A model generated the notes under the pieces. That model was not told the origin of the DNA and ran no database searches. It was given only the letters and a program-made list of their open reading frames with translations. The position numbers and the translations under genes are program-made. This document shows positions 26,099 through 35,370 of a stretch of DNA of 64,000 bases, piece after piece. Every line of letters begins with the position of its first letter. Position 1 is the stretch's first letter. Source of the DNA: a virus; IMG/VR virus record IMGVR_UViG_3300046171_000197; one strand, given 5' to 3'.

Positions 26099-26361
26099 TT
26101 TCAGCTTTACTTTTCAGTTCTAGTTTTTTAAACTTTGTTTTTTACATATATGCAATTGGATTTGTTATTGCATTAGTATTAGAACAAATTGTTAAAAGAA
26201 CAGATAATCAACAAAATATTTTTATTGTTGAAACAAATCGAAAATATTTGTGGAGACAAACTTGGGTGATCAATATTAATTGGTTTGTATGTAACTTAGG
26301 ATTATACTTTATATCAAGAAACATAACTCCAGTAGATAATTTTTGGAGTGAAGGATTATGA
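26095..26361 (+). CDS. Hypothetical membrane protein
   Basis: 88 aa with two hydrophobic stretches; ATGA overlap with the gp17 stop. Confidence 0.6.
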   Translation: MISALLFSSSFLNFVFYIYAIGFVIALVLEQIVKRTDNQQNIFIVETNRKYLWRQTWVININWFVCNLGLYFISRNITPVDNFWSEGL

Positions 26362-26362
26362 T

Positions 26363-26479
26363 ATGGAAAATCCATTCAAATATAGGAAGTTAAAAAAAAT
26401 ATTATCTAAGTCTTTTCCAGACAAAAAAATTATTATTACTGACAATAAAGACGGATCTCAGACAATTAGTATCATTTAA
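26363..26479 (+). CDS. Small hypothetical protein (38 aa)
   Basis: MENPFKYRKLKKILSKSFPDKKIIITDNKDGSQTISII; starts 1 nt after the previous stop; below the ORF-track cutoff. Confidence 0.45.
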   Translation: MENPFKYRKLKKILSKSFPDKKIIITDNKDGSQTISII

Positions 26480-26511
26480 GTGCATGTAGACTACATGAAA
26501 AAGGATATTTT

Positions 26512-26519
26512 AATAAATA
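26512..26519 (+). promoter_or_regulatory. Late promoter (AATAAATA) for gp18
   Basis: NATAAATA variant upstream of the GGAGA RBS and gp18 ATG. Confidence 0.6.
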
Positions 26520-26553
26520 ATTTCAGAAATAATCTGAGATTCGGAGAACAAAG

Positions 26554-28723
26554 ATGCCACTAAATTTAGCATCTCCTGGAATTGTAGTTAGAGAAGTTGA
26601 CTTAACCGTTGGTCGTGTAGACACAGCATCGGATAAAGTTGGTGCTCTTGTTGGTCCATTTGCCAAAGGAGCAGTTGACCTTCCAATTTTGGTAGAGACA
26701 GAGCAAGATTTACTAGATAATTTTGGAAAACCATACTCTGCCGATAAGCACTATGAGTATTGGATGGTTGCATCATCATACCTTGGCTATGGAGGACCAT
26801 TAAGGGTCGTCAGAGCAGATGATGATGATTTAAAGAATGCTTTTTCAGGAACTGCAGGAAGCATAAAGATAAAAAGTACAGAACATTATAATGATCTAGG
26901 ATATGATGGATCAACTATAACTGGTGTTACAGTTGCTGCAAGAAATCCTGGTTCATGGGCAAACAACTTAAAAGTTGCCATAATTGATGACTTAGCAGAT
27001 CAAGTATTACAATTCAGGTACACTACCTTCAAATATACAAGTTGGTTTTGGTATTACTCAAGCTATTCCAGCAGACACTGTTTTAGCAGGTTCTGGAACA
27101 ACATCATTATTGTCAGGTTACTTTAAGGGTATTATTACAGAAGTTGATACTACATTAAAGAAAGTATCTGTTAAGATATTAGAATCAGTAACAGAAGCAG
27201 GTGTTTCGACATCAGTAGATTACCAACCAAACGGACTCTATAAGTTTGGTAATACAGTAGCAACAGTTCACAATAATAGTGGAGTTGCAACAGGAACTGG
27301 ATCACCAAGTTCAAACGTTGACTGGTTTGATTCACAAGCAATTCAACTAACAAACTCAACAATTAATTGGAATAACATTGCAGAGAGACCTGGTACATCA
27401 TCATTTGCTGCTGCAAGAGACTCAAGATTTGATGAAGTTCATGTAGTTGTGATTGACGATACTGGTGAAGTAACTGGTAACGCAGGTACAGTTTTAGAAA
27501 AACACTTAGGACTTTCAAAGGCAAAAGATGGTTTATACTCATTAGGATCACCATCCTATTGGAGAAAATACCTTTATAATAATTCAACAAATATATTTGC
27601 TGGTGGAGCACCTGCTGGAATCGTAACGACTTCGTTTGGTGCTGGTGCAACTAACTATACACTTTCAGCAGATGTAGGTTGGGATCAAAACGCACAAGGT
27701 ATTAGATATGCTGGTATTGGTGTTACAACACTAACACTAAGTGGTGGTAAAAACTATGATGGTGGATCAGATGAAGAAGCAGCTGGTGCATTCCAAGTTA
27801 CTTTGGCTGGACTTGCAGGAGGTTATCAACTCTTTGAAGATGATAACTTAAACTCAGCAGACTTTATCTAATGGGTTCTGCCAATCATACAAAGGAAACT
27901 TGTCAATCATTAGCAAATAAAATTATCTCTGTTGCAGAGATAAGAAAGGATGCAGTTGCATTCGTATCACCCAATAGAGGTTCATTCCTCAGTGATGGAA
28001 GTGCAGGTTCTGTTGTGGTATTCGATGCAAATCAAATTACAGACAACGTAATTAGTTTCTTTGCTCCTGTATCATCTTCATCATTCGCAGTATTTGATAG
28101 CACATACAAGTACATGTATGACAGATTTGCAGATACCTTCAGGTATGTTCCAATGAACGGAGACATTGCTGGATTATGTGCAAGAAACGATATTAACAAC
28201 TTCCCTTGGTTCTCACCAGCGGGAACTGCAAGAGGTGCAATACTTAATGCAGTTAAATTAGCATACAATCCATCTCAAACACAAAGAGATCAGTTGTATT
28301 CTAACAGAGTTAATCCAATTATCTTCTCACCTGGTGGAGGAATAGTCCTCTTCGGTGATAAGACTGGTTTATCAAAAGCATCAGCATTTGATAGGATAAA
28401 CGTTCGTAGATTGTTTATCTTCCTTGAAAATGCAATATCTGGTGCTGCAAGAGATCAGATGTTTGAATTCAACGATGAAATCACAAGGACAAACTTTGTG
28501 AATATTGTTGAACCTTTCCTTCGTGATGTACAGGCAAAACGAGGAATCTTTGATTTCAGAGTTATATGTGATGAAACAAATAACACTGCTGCAATCATAG
28601 ATAGTAATGAATTTGTCGCAGACATATTCATTCAAACCTGCAAGATCAATTAACTTCATCGGTCTAACCTTCGTTGCTACACGAACAGGTGTATCATTCG
28701 AGGAAGTAATCGGTTCTGTTTAA
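26554..28723 (+). CDS. gp18: Tail sheath protein gp18 (reconstructed across frameshifts at ~27017, ~27868, ~28633)
   Basis: MPLNLASPGIVVREVDLT, PWFSPAGTARG, GDKTG..SAFDRINVRRLF, FEFNDEITR, C-terminal PARSINFIGLTFVATRTGVSFEE in shifted frame. Confidence 0.95.
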
Positions 28724-28740
28724 CGAGGTAATTAAAGAAA

Positions 28741-29328
28741 ATGGCAACCCAATTTAATAGACCACCTTTAAGAAGAATAACTGACTTTAAAAGTAAGTTA
28801 GTTGGTGGTGGTGCAAGACCGAATCTCTTTGAAGTCGAACTTGCTTTCCCAGAGGAAATCGCAATCGACAACGATGTAAAGGATAAGGCAAGATTCTTGG
28901 TTAAGGCAGCTGCCTTACCTGCTTCTAACATCACTCCAATTGATGTTAACTTTAGAGGAAGGATCTTAAAAATAGCAGGAGATAGAACATTTGATACATG
29001 GACTATCACAGTTATTAACGATACTGATTTTGCAATCAGATCTGCTTTTGAGAAGTGGATGAATTCAATTAACAAATTATCTGATGCTACTGGTGCTAAT
29101 AATCCAGCAGATTATCAGGAAGATGCTTATGTTCATCAACTTGATCGTGACGGATCTACATTAAGAAGTTACAGATTCTATGATGTTTTCCCAACAAATA
29201 TCAGTCAAATGGATCTATCTTACGAAACAGTTGACACAATAGAAGAGTTTACGGTAGAATTACAAGTACTATACTTTGAATCAATCAAAGGTGTCGGTGA
29301 TAATGCTGGAGGAGAAAGCATAAGTTAA
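28741..29328 (+). CDS. gp19: Tail tube protein gp19
   Basis: GGGARPNLFEV, FRGRILKIAGDRTFDTWT, FPTNISQMDLSY..IEEFTV. Confidence 0.95.
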   Translation: MATQFNRPPLRRITDFKSKLVGGGARPNLFEVELAFPEEIAIDNDVKDKARFLVKAAALPASNITPIDVNFRGRILKIAGDRTFDTWTITVINDTDFAIRSAFEKWMNSINKLSDATGANNPADYQEDAYVHQLDRDGSTLRSYRFYDVFPTNISQMDLSYETVDTIEEFTVELQVLYFESIKGVGDNAGGESIS

Positions 29329-29332
29329 AACT

Positions 29333-29340
29333 GATAAATA
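29333..29340 (+). promoter_or_regulatory. Late promoter (GATAAATA) for gp20
   Basis: NATAAATA variant in the gp19-gp20 spacer. Confidence 0.55.
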
Positions 29341-29370
29341 GTGCTATAATAAAAGAAAATAGATTATACG

Positions 29371-31041
29371 ATGGCAAAACTCTTTGGATTCTCAATTGAT
29401 GATTCGGAAAATAAACCCGATTCAATAGTTTCACCCGTTCCTCGAAGTAACGAGGACGGGGTTGACTATTCTGTACAATCTGGTTTTTATGGGCAGTATG
29501 TAGATATCGAAGGTGTTTATCGTACAGAATATGATTTAATTAAAAGATATCGTGAAATGGCACTTCACCCAGAGTGTGATGGTGCGATTGAAGATGTTGT
29601 AAACGAAGGAATAGTTAGTGATTTATATGATTCTCCTGTTGAGATTGAACTATCAAATGTAAATGCAACTGATAAATTAAAAGATAGAATTAGAGAAGAG
29701 TTTAAACATATTAAAGAAATGATGGACTTTGATAAGAAGTCACATGAGATTTTTAAAAATTGGTATGTAGATGGAAGATTATATTACATAAAAGTTATTG
29801 ATACAAAGAATCCACAGGATGGAATTCAAGAGATCAGATATGTTGATCCTATGAAAATGAAGTTTGTCAGACAAGAAAAGAAGACAAACAATAAGGGTAG
29901 TTTACCATTAGATCCATTAGCAAATGACAAAAAAGATATTGCATATCCACAGATAGACGAATATTATATTTACACACCAAAACCAAATTATCCAACAACT
30001 ATGTTTGCAAGTGCAGGTGGTGGTGGTAAAGGTGCAATTAAAATTGCAAAAGATTCGGTGTGTCATGTGACATCTGGATTATTTGATCGTAATAAAGGAA
30101 CATGTTTATCATACTTACATAAAGCAATTAAGGCACTTAATCAGTTAAGAATGATTGAAGATAGTCTTGTGATTTACAGATTATCAAGAGCACCAGAAAG
30201 AAGAATATTTTATATTGATGTTGGTAATCTACCAAAGGTAAAAGCAGAACAATACCTTAAAGAAGTCATGTCTCGTTACAGAAACAAACTTGTTTATGAC
30301 GCAAACACTGGTGAAGTTAGAGATGATCGTAAATTCATGTCTATGATGGAAGATTTCTGGCTACCAAGAAGAGAAGGTGGTAGAGGAACTGAAATTACAA
30401 CTTTACCTGGTGGACAAAACTTAGGTGAACTAACAGATATTGAATATTTCCAAAAGAAATTATATCGTGCATTAGGTGTTCCAGAATCAAGAATTGCAAG
30501 TGATGGTGGATTTAATTTAGGAAGATCATCAGAGATATTAAGAGATGAATTAAAGTTTGCAAAATTTGTAGGAAGACTCAGAAAAAGATTTGGAAATTTA
30601 TTCAGTAATCTATTAAAAACACAATTAATTTTAAAGAATATTATCACTCCAGAGGACTGGGATTCTTTAAGTGATCATATTCAATATGACTTCTTATATG
30701 ATAATCAATTTGCAGAATTAAAAGAGTCTGAATTAATGAATGAAAGACTTGGAACATTAGCAACAATCGAACCTTATATTGGTAAGTATTTCTCTAATCA
30801 TTATGTAAGGACAAAAGTTCTTCGTCAGACTGATCAAGAAATTGAAGAGCAAGATGAAATAATTAAAAAAGAAATTAAAGATGGTATTATTCCTGATCCA
30901 AGTGCAGTAGATCCTATCACTGGACAACCACTTGAAGGTGGTGGAGATTTAGGAAATGTTCCTGTAGAACCTGACTTAGAATCTGATGGAGCAGTTGCAG
31001 ACGCTCAGTTCCAAAAAGATGTTAAGTCGGCAGAGATATAA
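29371..31041 (+). CDS. gp20: Portal vertex protein gp20
   Basis: LIKRYREMALHPEC, YRLSRAPERRIFYIDVGNLP, EDFWLPRREGGRGTEITTLPGGQNLG. Confidence 0.97.
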   Translation: MAKLFGFSIDDSENKPDSIVSPVPRSNEDGVDYSVQSGFYGQYVDIEGVYRTEYDLIKRYREMALHPECDGAIEDVVNEGIVSDLYDSPVEIELSNVNATDKLKDRIREEFKHIKEMMDFDKKSHEIFKNWYVDGRLYYIKVIDTKNPQDGIQEIRYVDPMKMKFVRQEKKTNNKGSLPLDPLANDKKDIAYPQIDEYYIYTPKPNYPTTMFASAGGGGKGAIKIAKDSVCHVTSGLFDRNKGTCLSYLHKAIKALNQLRMIEDSLVIYRLSRAPERRIFYIDVGNLPKVKAEQYLKEVMSRYRNKLVYDANTGEVRDDRKFMSMMEDFWLPRREGGRGTEITTLPGGQNLGELTDIEYFQKKLYRALGVPESRIASDGGFNLGRSSEILRDELKFAKFVGRLRKRFGNLFSNLLKTQLILKNIITPEDWDSLSDHIQYDFLYDNQFAELKESELMNERLGTLATIEPYIGKYFSNHYVRTKVLRQTDQEIEEQDEIIKKEIKDGIIPDPSAVDPITGQPLEGGGDLGNVPVEPDLESDGAVADAQFQKDVKSAEI

Positions 31042-31044
31042 ATA
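31037..31044 (+). promoter_or_regulatory. Late promoter (TATAAATA)
   Basis: Exact TATAAATA overlapping the gp20 stop. Confidence 0.65.
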
Positions 31045-31072
31045 ATCAAGATATCTTAACATAATATTAAAT

Positions 31073-31276
31073 ATGGATGAATTACTTGACATGATTGCAA
31101 CTGATAAATCAGCAACTGATATATCAGATTCGATCAAAGACACACTGTATAGTAAGGCAGCTGAGAGAATAAATTCTCAGAGACCAGATCTTGCAGCACA
31201 ACTTTTTGATCCTTCTATTGCAGATACAGAAGTTTCTGATGAAACTGTGGATGACTCCACAGAAGAGGAATCATAA
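31073..31276 (+). CDS. Small acidic protein (possible prohead core protein)
   Basis: 67 aa, acidic tail, located between gp20 and gp21 where T4 has gp67/gp68. Confidence 0.6.
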   Translation: MDELLDMIATDKSATDISDSIKDTLYSKAAERINSQRPDLAAQLFDPSIADTEVSDETVDDSTEEES

Positions 31277-31304
31277 ATAACACTATCACGGTTGATTATA
31301 AACA

Positions 31305-31841
31305 ATGGCAGCTTTTAAGGTCGTACAAAAAATAGCATCTGTTACTGGAAACGCAACAAGTGCATCAATACCGTTAAAGTCGGGTTATCTCAGAGTAATA
31401 CCAGCTGGTGGTGATGCATTTGTTGAGGTTGGAACTAACCCAACAGCAACAGACGATAGTAGCATATATGTTCCTGTTAAAACTCCAATGATTTTTAAGG
31501 AAAGTGTTGCTTCAATACAAACAGTATCAGTAACAAATGCATCTGCAGCAATTAAGTTTGGATTTCCTTCTGGAACAGACGCACCATTTGTTGTTGGTGA
31601 TACTGTTGCAGTAACAGGATGTGCACCCACTGGTATTAATACTACAAGTGCATCAGTTACAGCAGTCACAGGACCAGATCCAATAAACGGAGTTCAGTCG
31701 GGAACTGTAACTCTAGGTTATGGTGATGCTAATTTATCTGCTACTGATGCAGTAGGTGAAATTAGACGAGTTGTAAAAGTTGCAGTTCGTGGAAGTGGTA
31801 AGACACATATTTCAGAAGTTCAAATCGTAGGAGATTTCTAA
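31305..31841 (+). CDS. Hypothetical beta-rich virion protein
   Basis: 178 aa, preceded by CATAAATA (31272-31279); stop overlaps the gp21 start. Confidence 0.7.
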   Translation: MAAFKVVQKIASVTGNATSASIPLKSGYLRVIPAGGDAFVEVGTNPTATDDSSIYVPVKTPMIFKESVASIQTVSVTNASAAIKFGFPSGTDAPFVVGDTVAVTGCAPTGINTTSASVTAVTGPDPINGVQSGTVTLGYGDANLSATDAVGEIRRVVKVAVRGSGKTHISEVQIVGDF

Positions 31842-32491
31842 TGAAACTAATTACAGAGGAAGTTTCAAGAGTTAAATTTATCGTCGAAGGAAAAGGCGCT
31901 AAAAAGAAAATGTATATTGAAGGTGTATTCCTTCAAGGTGAAATTAAGAATCGTAATGGAAGAATGTATCCACTCCAAACTCTTGCAAAAGAAGTTGGTA
32001 GATACAACGAAAGTTTTGTTAGTAAAGGTAGAGCATTAGGAGAACTCGGACATCCTGATGGTCCTACTGTAAACCTTGATCGTGTATCTCATAAGATTAC
32101 TTCTCTTCGACAAGAAGGAAATAATTTTATTGGAAAGGCACAATTACTTTCTACACCTATGGGTAAGATTGCACAAAATCTTATTGGTGAAGGTGTAACT
32201 CTTGGAGTATCTTCTCGTGGTGTTGGATCACTAAAAGAAGACCTTCATGGATGCAAAGTTGTAGGTGAAGATTTCATGTTAGCAACTGCTGCTGATATCG
32301 TTGCCGATCCTTCTGCACCAGACGCATTTGTATCTGGAATTATGGAAGGAAAAGAGTGGATTTGGGAAGGAGGAATTCTTCGTGAACAACTCGCACAAAA
32401 CACACAAAAGAGAATCAATACTCTTGTAGACCAAAGAAAATTAGAAGAACATAAGTTGAATCTATTCAACGATTTTCTCTCTAATCTCTAA
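31841..32491 (+). CDS. gp21: Prohead protease gp21
   Basis: MKLITE, IEGVFLQ..KNRNGRMY, ALGELGHP, GVSSRGVGS, DIVADPSAPDA. Confidence 0.96.
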   Translation: MKLITEEVSRVKFIVEGKGAKKKMYIEGVFLQGEIKNRNGRMYPLQTLAKEVGRYNESFVSKGRALGELGHPDGPTVNLDRVSHKITSLRQEGNNFIGKAQLLSTPMGKIAQNLIGEGVTLGVSSRGVGSLKEDLHGCKVVGEDFMLATAADIVADPSAPDAFVSGIMEGKEWIWEGGILREQLAQNTQKRINTLVDQRKLEEHKLNLFNDFLSNL

Positions 32492-32495
32492 GATC

Positions 32496-32503
32496 TATAA
32501 ATA
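32496..32503 (+). promoter_or_regulatory. Late promoter (TATAAATA) for gp22/gp23
   Basis: Exact TATAAATA upstream of gp22. Confidence 0.75.
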
Positions 32504-32529
32504 AATACAGATTATTAAATTTTAATAAC

Positions 32530-33672
32530 ATGTCCGTTGGTAGCAACAATTTACAAGAAATGGAAAACGTAGTAACTAAAGGTGCTGCTAAAGCTGATGC
32601 AATGCCAGGTCTAACAGGAACAACTCCTGGTCAAACTGGTAGTGTTGAAGATTTAGGTGGCCCAACTCCACAAAATTATAAGTCCGATGATGATTCGGCA
32701 AAACTAAAAACACCTGGCACAACTCTTAAGCAAGTTAAGGATATTGTCAACAAAGGTGCAAAACCCGCCGATCCAATGCCAGCAGGTATGAAGGAAGAGG
32801 ATCAAGTTGAAGGTGACTTAGTTGCCGAAGACGAAGTGGTTACTGATGAAGTAGTTTCTGAAGAAGAAGCAACAACGGATGAAGTAGTTTCTGAAGAAGA
32901 AACAACTACTGATGAAGTAGTAGAGGAAGAAGAAAAGATTGAGTATTCTGTCGAAGACGACATCAATGCTTTAATCGAAGGTGAAGAACTATCTGAATCC
33001 TTTAGAGAAAAAGCAGCAACTATTTTTGAAGCTGCAATTAATTCCAAAGTAAAAGGAATTAAAGAGGAGTTAACTGCTTCCTACGAAGAAAAACTCGTAG
33101 AAGAAGTTGCTTCAATTAAAGAAGAATTAAAAGACCGTGTTGACTCATACCTTGAGTATGTTGCCGACGAATGGATTGCAGAAAATCAACTTGCAGTCGA
33201 GTCTGGTCTTAAAGAAGAAATGACTGAATCATTCATATCTGGAATGAAGAGTCTATTTGAAGAACATTATGTAACAATCCCTGAAGAAAAATACGATGTC
33301 ATCGAGAGCATGGTAGATAAACTTGATGAAATGGAAGGTAAACTCAACGAGCAAATCGATAAGAACGTTGCTCTAAATAAGAGATTAGCCGAATCGGTAT
33401 CCGATGTAGTATTTGCAGAAGTAACTGAGGGACTTGCCCAAACACAAAAGGACAAGTTGGCTGGTTTAGTAGACAATGTTGAGTTTGAAAGTGAAACAGC
33501 ATACCGTGAGAAGCTAGAAACGTTGAAGGAATCTTATTTCCCAACAAAAGTAGCTCAAAGAAACACAACAGAGAATCTAACAGAAGAGACAGGTTCCACA
33601 GACTACACTTCTAGTGTTAGTCCATCTATGGAAGCATATCTTAAGACTCTGACTAGAGTTTCTAAAAAATGA
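32530..33672 (+). CDS. gp22: Prohead core scaffold protein gp22
   Basis: Highly acidic coiled coil; ELSESFREKAATIFEAA, VDSYLEYVADEW, LKESYF. Confidence 0.93.
   Translation: MSVGSNNLQEMENVVTKGAAKADAMPGLTGTTPGQTGSVEDLGGPTPQNYKSDDDSAKLKTPGTTLKQVKDIVNKGAKPADPMPAGMKEEDQVEGDLVAEDEVVTDEVVSEEEATTDEVVSEEETTTDEVVEEEEKIEYSVEDDINALIEGEELSESFREKAATIFEAAINSKVKGIKEELTASYEEKLVEEVASIKEELKDRVDSYLEYVADEWIAENQLAVESGLKEEMTESFISGMKSLFEEHYVTIPEEKYDVIESMVDKLDEMEGKLNEQIDKNVALNKRLAESVSDVVFAEVTEGLAQTQKDKLAGLVDNVEFESETAYREKLETLKESYFPTKVAQRNTTENLTEETGSTDYTSSVSPSMEAYLKTLTRVSKK
32845..32934 (+). repeat. 33-nt tandem repeat (about 2.7 copies) in gp22 encoding DEVVSEEExTT
   Basis: GATGAAGTAGT units start at 32845, 32878 and 32911. 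Confidence 0.8.
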
Positions 33673-33719
33673 TTTTTATATCATAAATTCAAACTAAACT
33701 TTAAAAAAGGAAAATTTCA

Positions 33720-35129
33720 ATGCAAGCCCCAATTAATACAGAGGCTTTACAAGAGAAATGGGGACCACTACTAAACGCAGAAGGACAGGATAAAATATCT
33801 GACCCTCATCGTAGAATGGTTACAGCAGTTCTCTTGGAAAACCAAGAAAAAGCATTAAGAGAAGAGAGGGAGTTCTTAACAGAGCAACCTACAATGAATA
33901 CAGATCCAGGTGGAACAGGTAATCCTGGTTTTAGTGGATCTGCAGCATCACCAGTCGCAGGTTTCGACCCTGTTCTAATCTCATTGATTAGAAGAGCAAT
34001 GCCTAATTTAGTGGCATACGACCTTGCTGGTGTACAACCAATGAATGGTCCAACAGGACTTATATTCGCAATGAGATCTCGTCTTGAAGGTCCATCTGGA
34101 GATGAGACATTCTACAACGAGGTAGATTCAGCATTCTCTGGACAGAATGAAGGAAGAACTAATACTGGCGGCATGGTTGACGCACAGGTTGGTTTAGGTA
34201 CAACTGCACAGTCAGGTAACAATCCAAGTCTTCTTGACCCATCTGCTACTGGTACTAGTGTACAGTCTAAGGCATACAACGTCGGTCAGGGTATGTCCAC
34301 ATCCGAGTCAGAAGCACTCGATGGTACAGGTGCAGCAGCATTCCATCAGATGGCATTCTCAATCGAGAAAGTCACTGTTACTGCGAAGTCTAGAGCACTA
34401 AAAGCAGAGTACAGTTTAGAACTTGCTCAAGACCTTAAAGCAATCCACGGATTGAATGCAGAGGCTGAGTTAGCAAACATTCTATCAACTGAGATTCTTG
34501 CTGAGATCAACAGAGAAGTTATTAGAACAATCTATAACGTTGCAGAACCAGGTGCTGCTGTCAATACAGCAACAAGTGGTACTTTCGACTTAGACGTTGA
34601 CTCAAACGGAAGATGGTCTGTTGAGAAGTTCAAAGGTTTGATCTTCCAGATCGAAAGAGATGCTAACGCAATCGCACAAAGAACTCGTCGTGGAAAGGGC
34701 AACATGATCCTATGTTCCGCAGACGTTGCTTCAGCATTAACAATGGCAGGTGTACTTGATTACACTCCAGCACTTAATGCAAACTTAAATGTAGATGACA
34801 CAGGTAATACATTTGCTGGTGTTCTTGCAGGTAAGTTCAGAGTCTACATTGACCCATATGCTGCAAACGTTGCTGCTTCACAGTACTACGTTGCAGGTTA
34901 TAAAGGTACTTCACCTTATGACGCAGGTATATTCTACTGCCCATATGTTCCATTACAGATGGTAAGAAGTGTCGGAGCAGACAACTTCCAACCAAAAATT
35001 GGATTTAAGACTCGTTACGGAATCGTTGCAAACCCATTCGCAAAGGGTGCAACACTCACCACTCCTGGTGTACTTTCACGTAACAGTAACGTATACTACA
35101 GAAGAGTTAAGGTTGCAAACCTAATGTAA
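33720..35129 (+). CDS. gp23: Major capsid protein gp23
   Basis: EKW.PLL, LLENQE, AGFDPVLISLIRRAMPNL, GVQPM.GPTGLIFAMR, KSRALKAEYSLELAQDLKAIHG, FQPKIGFKTRYG. Confidence 0.98.
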   Translation: MQAPINTEALQEKWGPLLNAEGQDKISDPHRRMVTAVLLENQEKALREEREFLTEQPTMNTDPGGTGNPGFSGSAASPVAGFDPVLISLIRRAMPNLVAYDLAGVQPMNGPTGLIFAMRSRLEGPSGDETFYNEVDSAFSGQNEGRTNTGGMVDAQVGLGTTAQSGNNPSLLDPSATGTSVQSKAYNVGQGMSTSESEALDGTGAAAFHQMAFSIEKVTVTAKSRALKAEYSLELAQDLKAIHGLNAEAELANILSTEILAEINREVIRTIYNVAEPGAAVNTATSGTFDLDVDSNGRWSVEKFKGLIFQIERDANAIAQRTRRGKGNMILCSADVASALTMAGVLDYTPALNANLNVDDTGNTFAGVLAGKFRVYIDPYAANVAASQYYVAGYKGTSPYDAGIFYCPYVPLQMVRSVGADNFQPKIGFKTRYGIVANPFAKGATLTTPGVLSRNSNVYYRRVKVANLM

Positions 35130-35151
35130 TTCAGATATTACATATCTTTTC

Positions 35152-35181
35152 AAAGAGATTCCTTCGGGAGTCTCTTTTTTT
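35152..35181 (+). terminator. Rho-independent terminator with C(UUCG)G tetraloop
   Basis: AAAGAGATTCC-TTCG-GGAGTCTCTTT followed by a T run, just after gp23. Confidence 0.9.
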
Positions 35182-35211
35182 GTCTAAATACATATAAAGC
35201 TAAAACTACCG

Positions 35212-35370
35212 ATGAAAGCAAGTCCAAGAGAAACTCAACAGGCTCATCAAAATTATAAGAAGGTTTCTGAGCATTTAATCCGTGAAGGATATGCACCAAA
35301 TCAAGAATCTGCTGATGATATAATTAAGGGTATGAGTGAAGAGTGGTTTAATTTAATTATAGAAGAGTGA
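35212..35370 (+). CDS. Small late protein (52 aa), HLIxEGYA..MSEEW type
   Basis: MKASPRETQQAHQNYKKVSEHLIREGYAPNQESADDIIKGMSEEWFNLIIEE; CTAAATA at 35184-35190 upstream; GTGA overlap with the next gene; not in the ORF track. Confidence 0.65.
   Translation: MKASPRETQQAHQNYKKVSEHLIREGYAPNQESADDIIKGMSEEWFNLIIEE

Noticed and set aside
26483-26497. Perfect inverted repeat CATGTAG-A-CTACATG upstream of gp18
   Set aside because: Single occurrence, 1-nt loop and no T tract on the + strand; cannot assign a function.
24452-28723. Split gp17 and gp18 as intron, intein or genuine split genes
   Set aside because: The pieces join by single-base shifts with no intervening sequence, homing endonuclease or splicing motif.
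32845-32934. 33-nt repeats as a CRISPR-like array
   Set aside because: In-frame coding tandem repeat in gp22 with no unique spacers and no cas genes.
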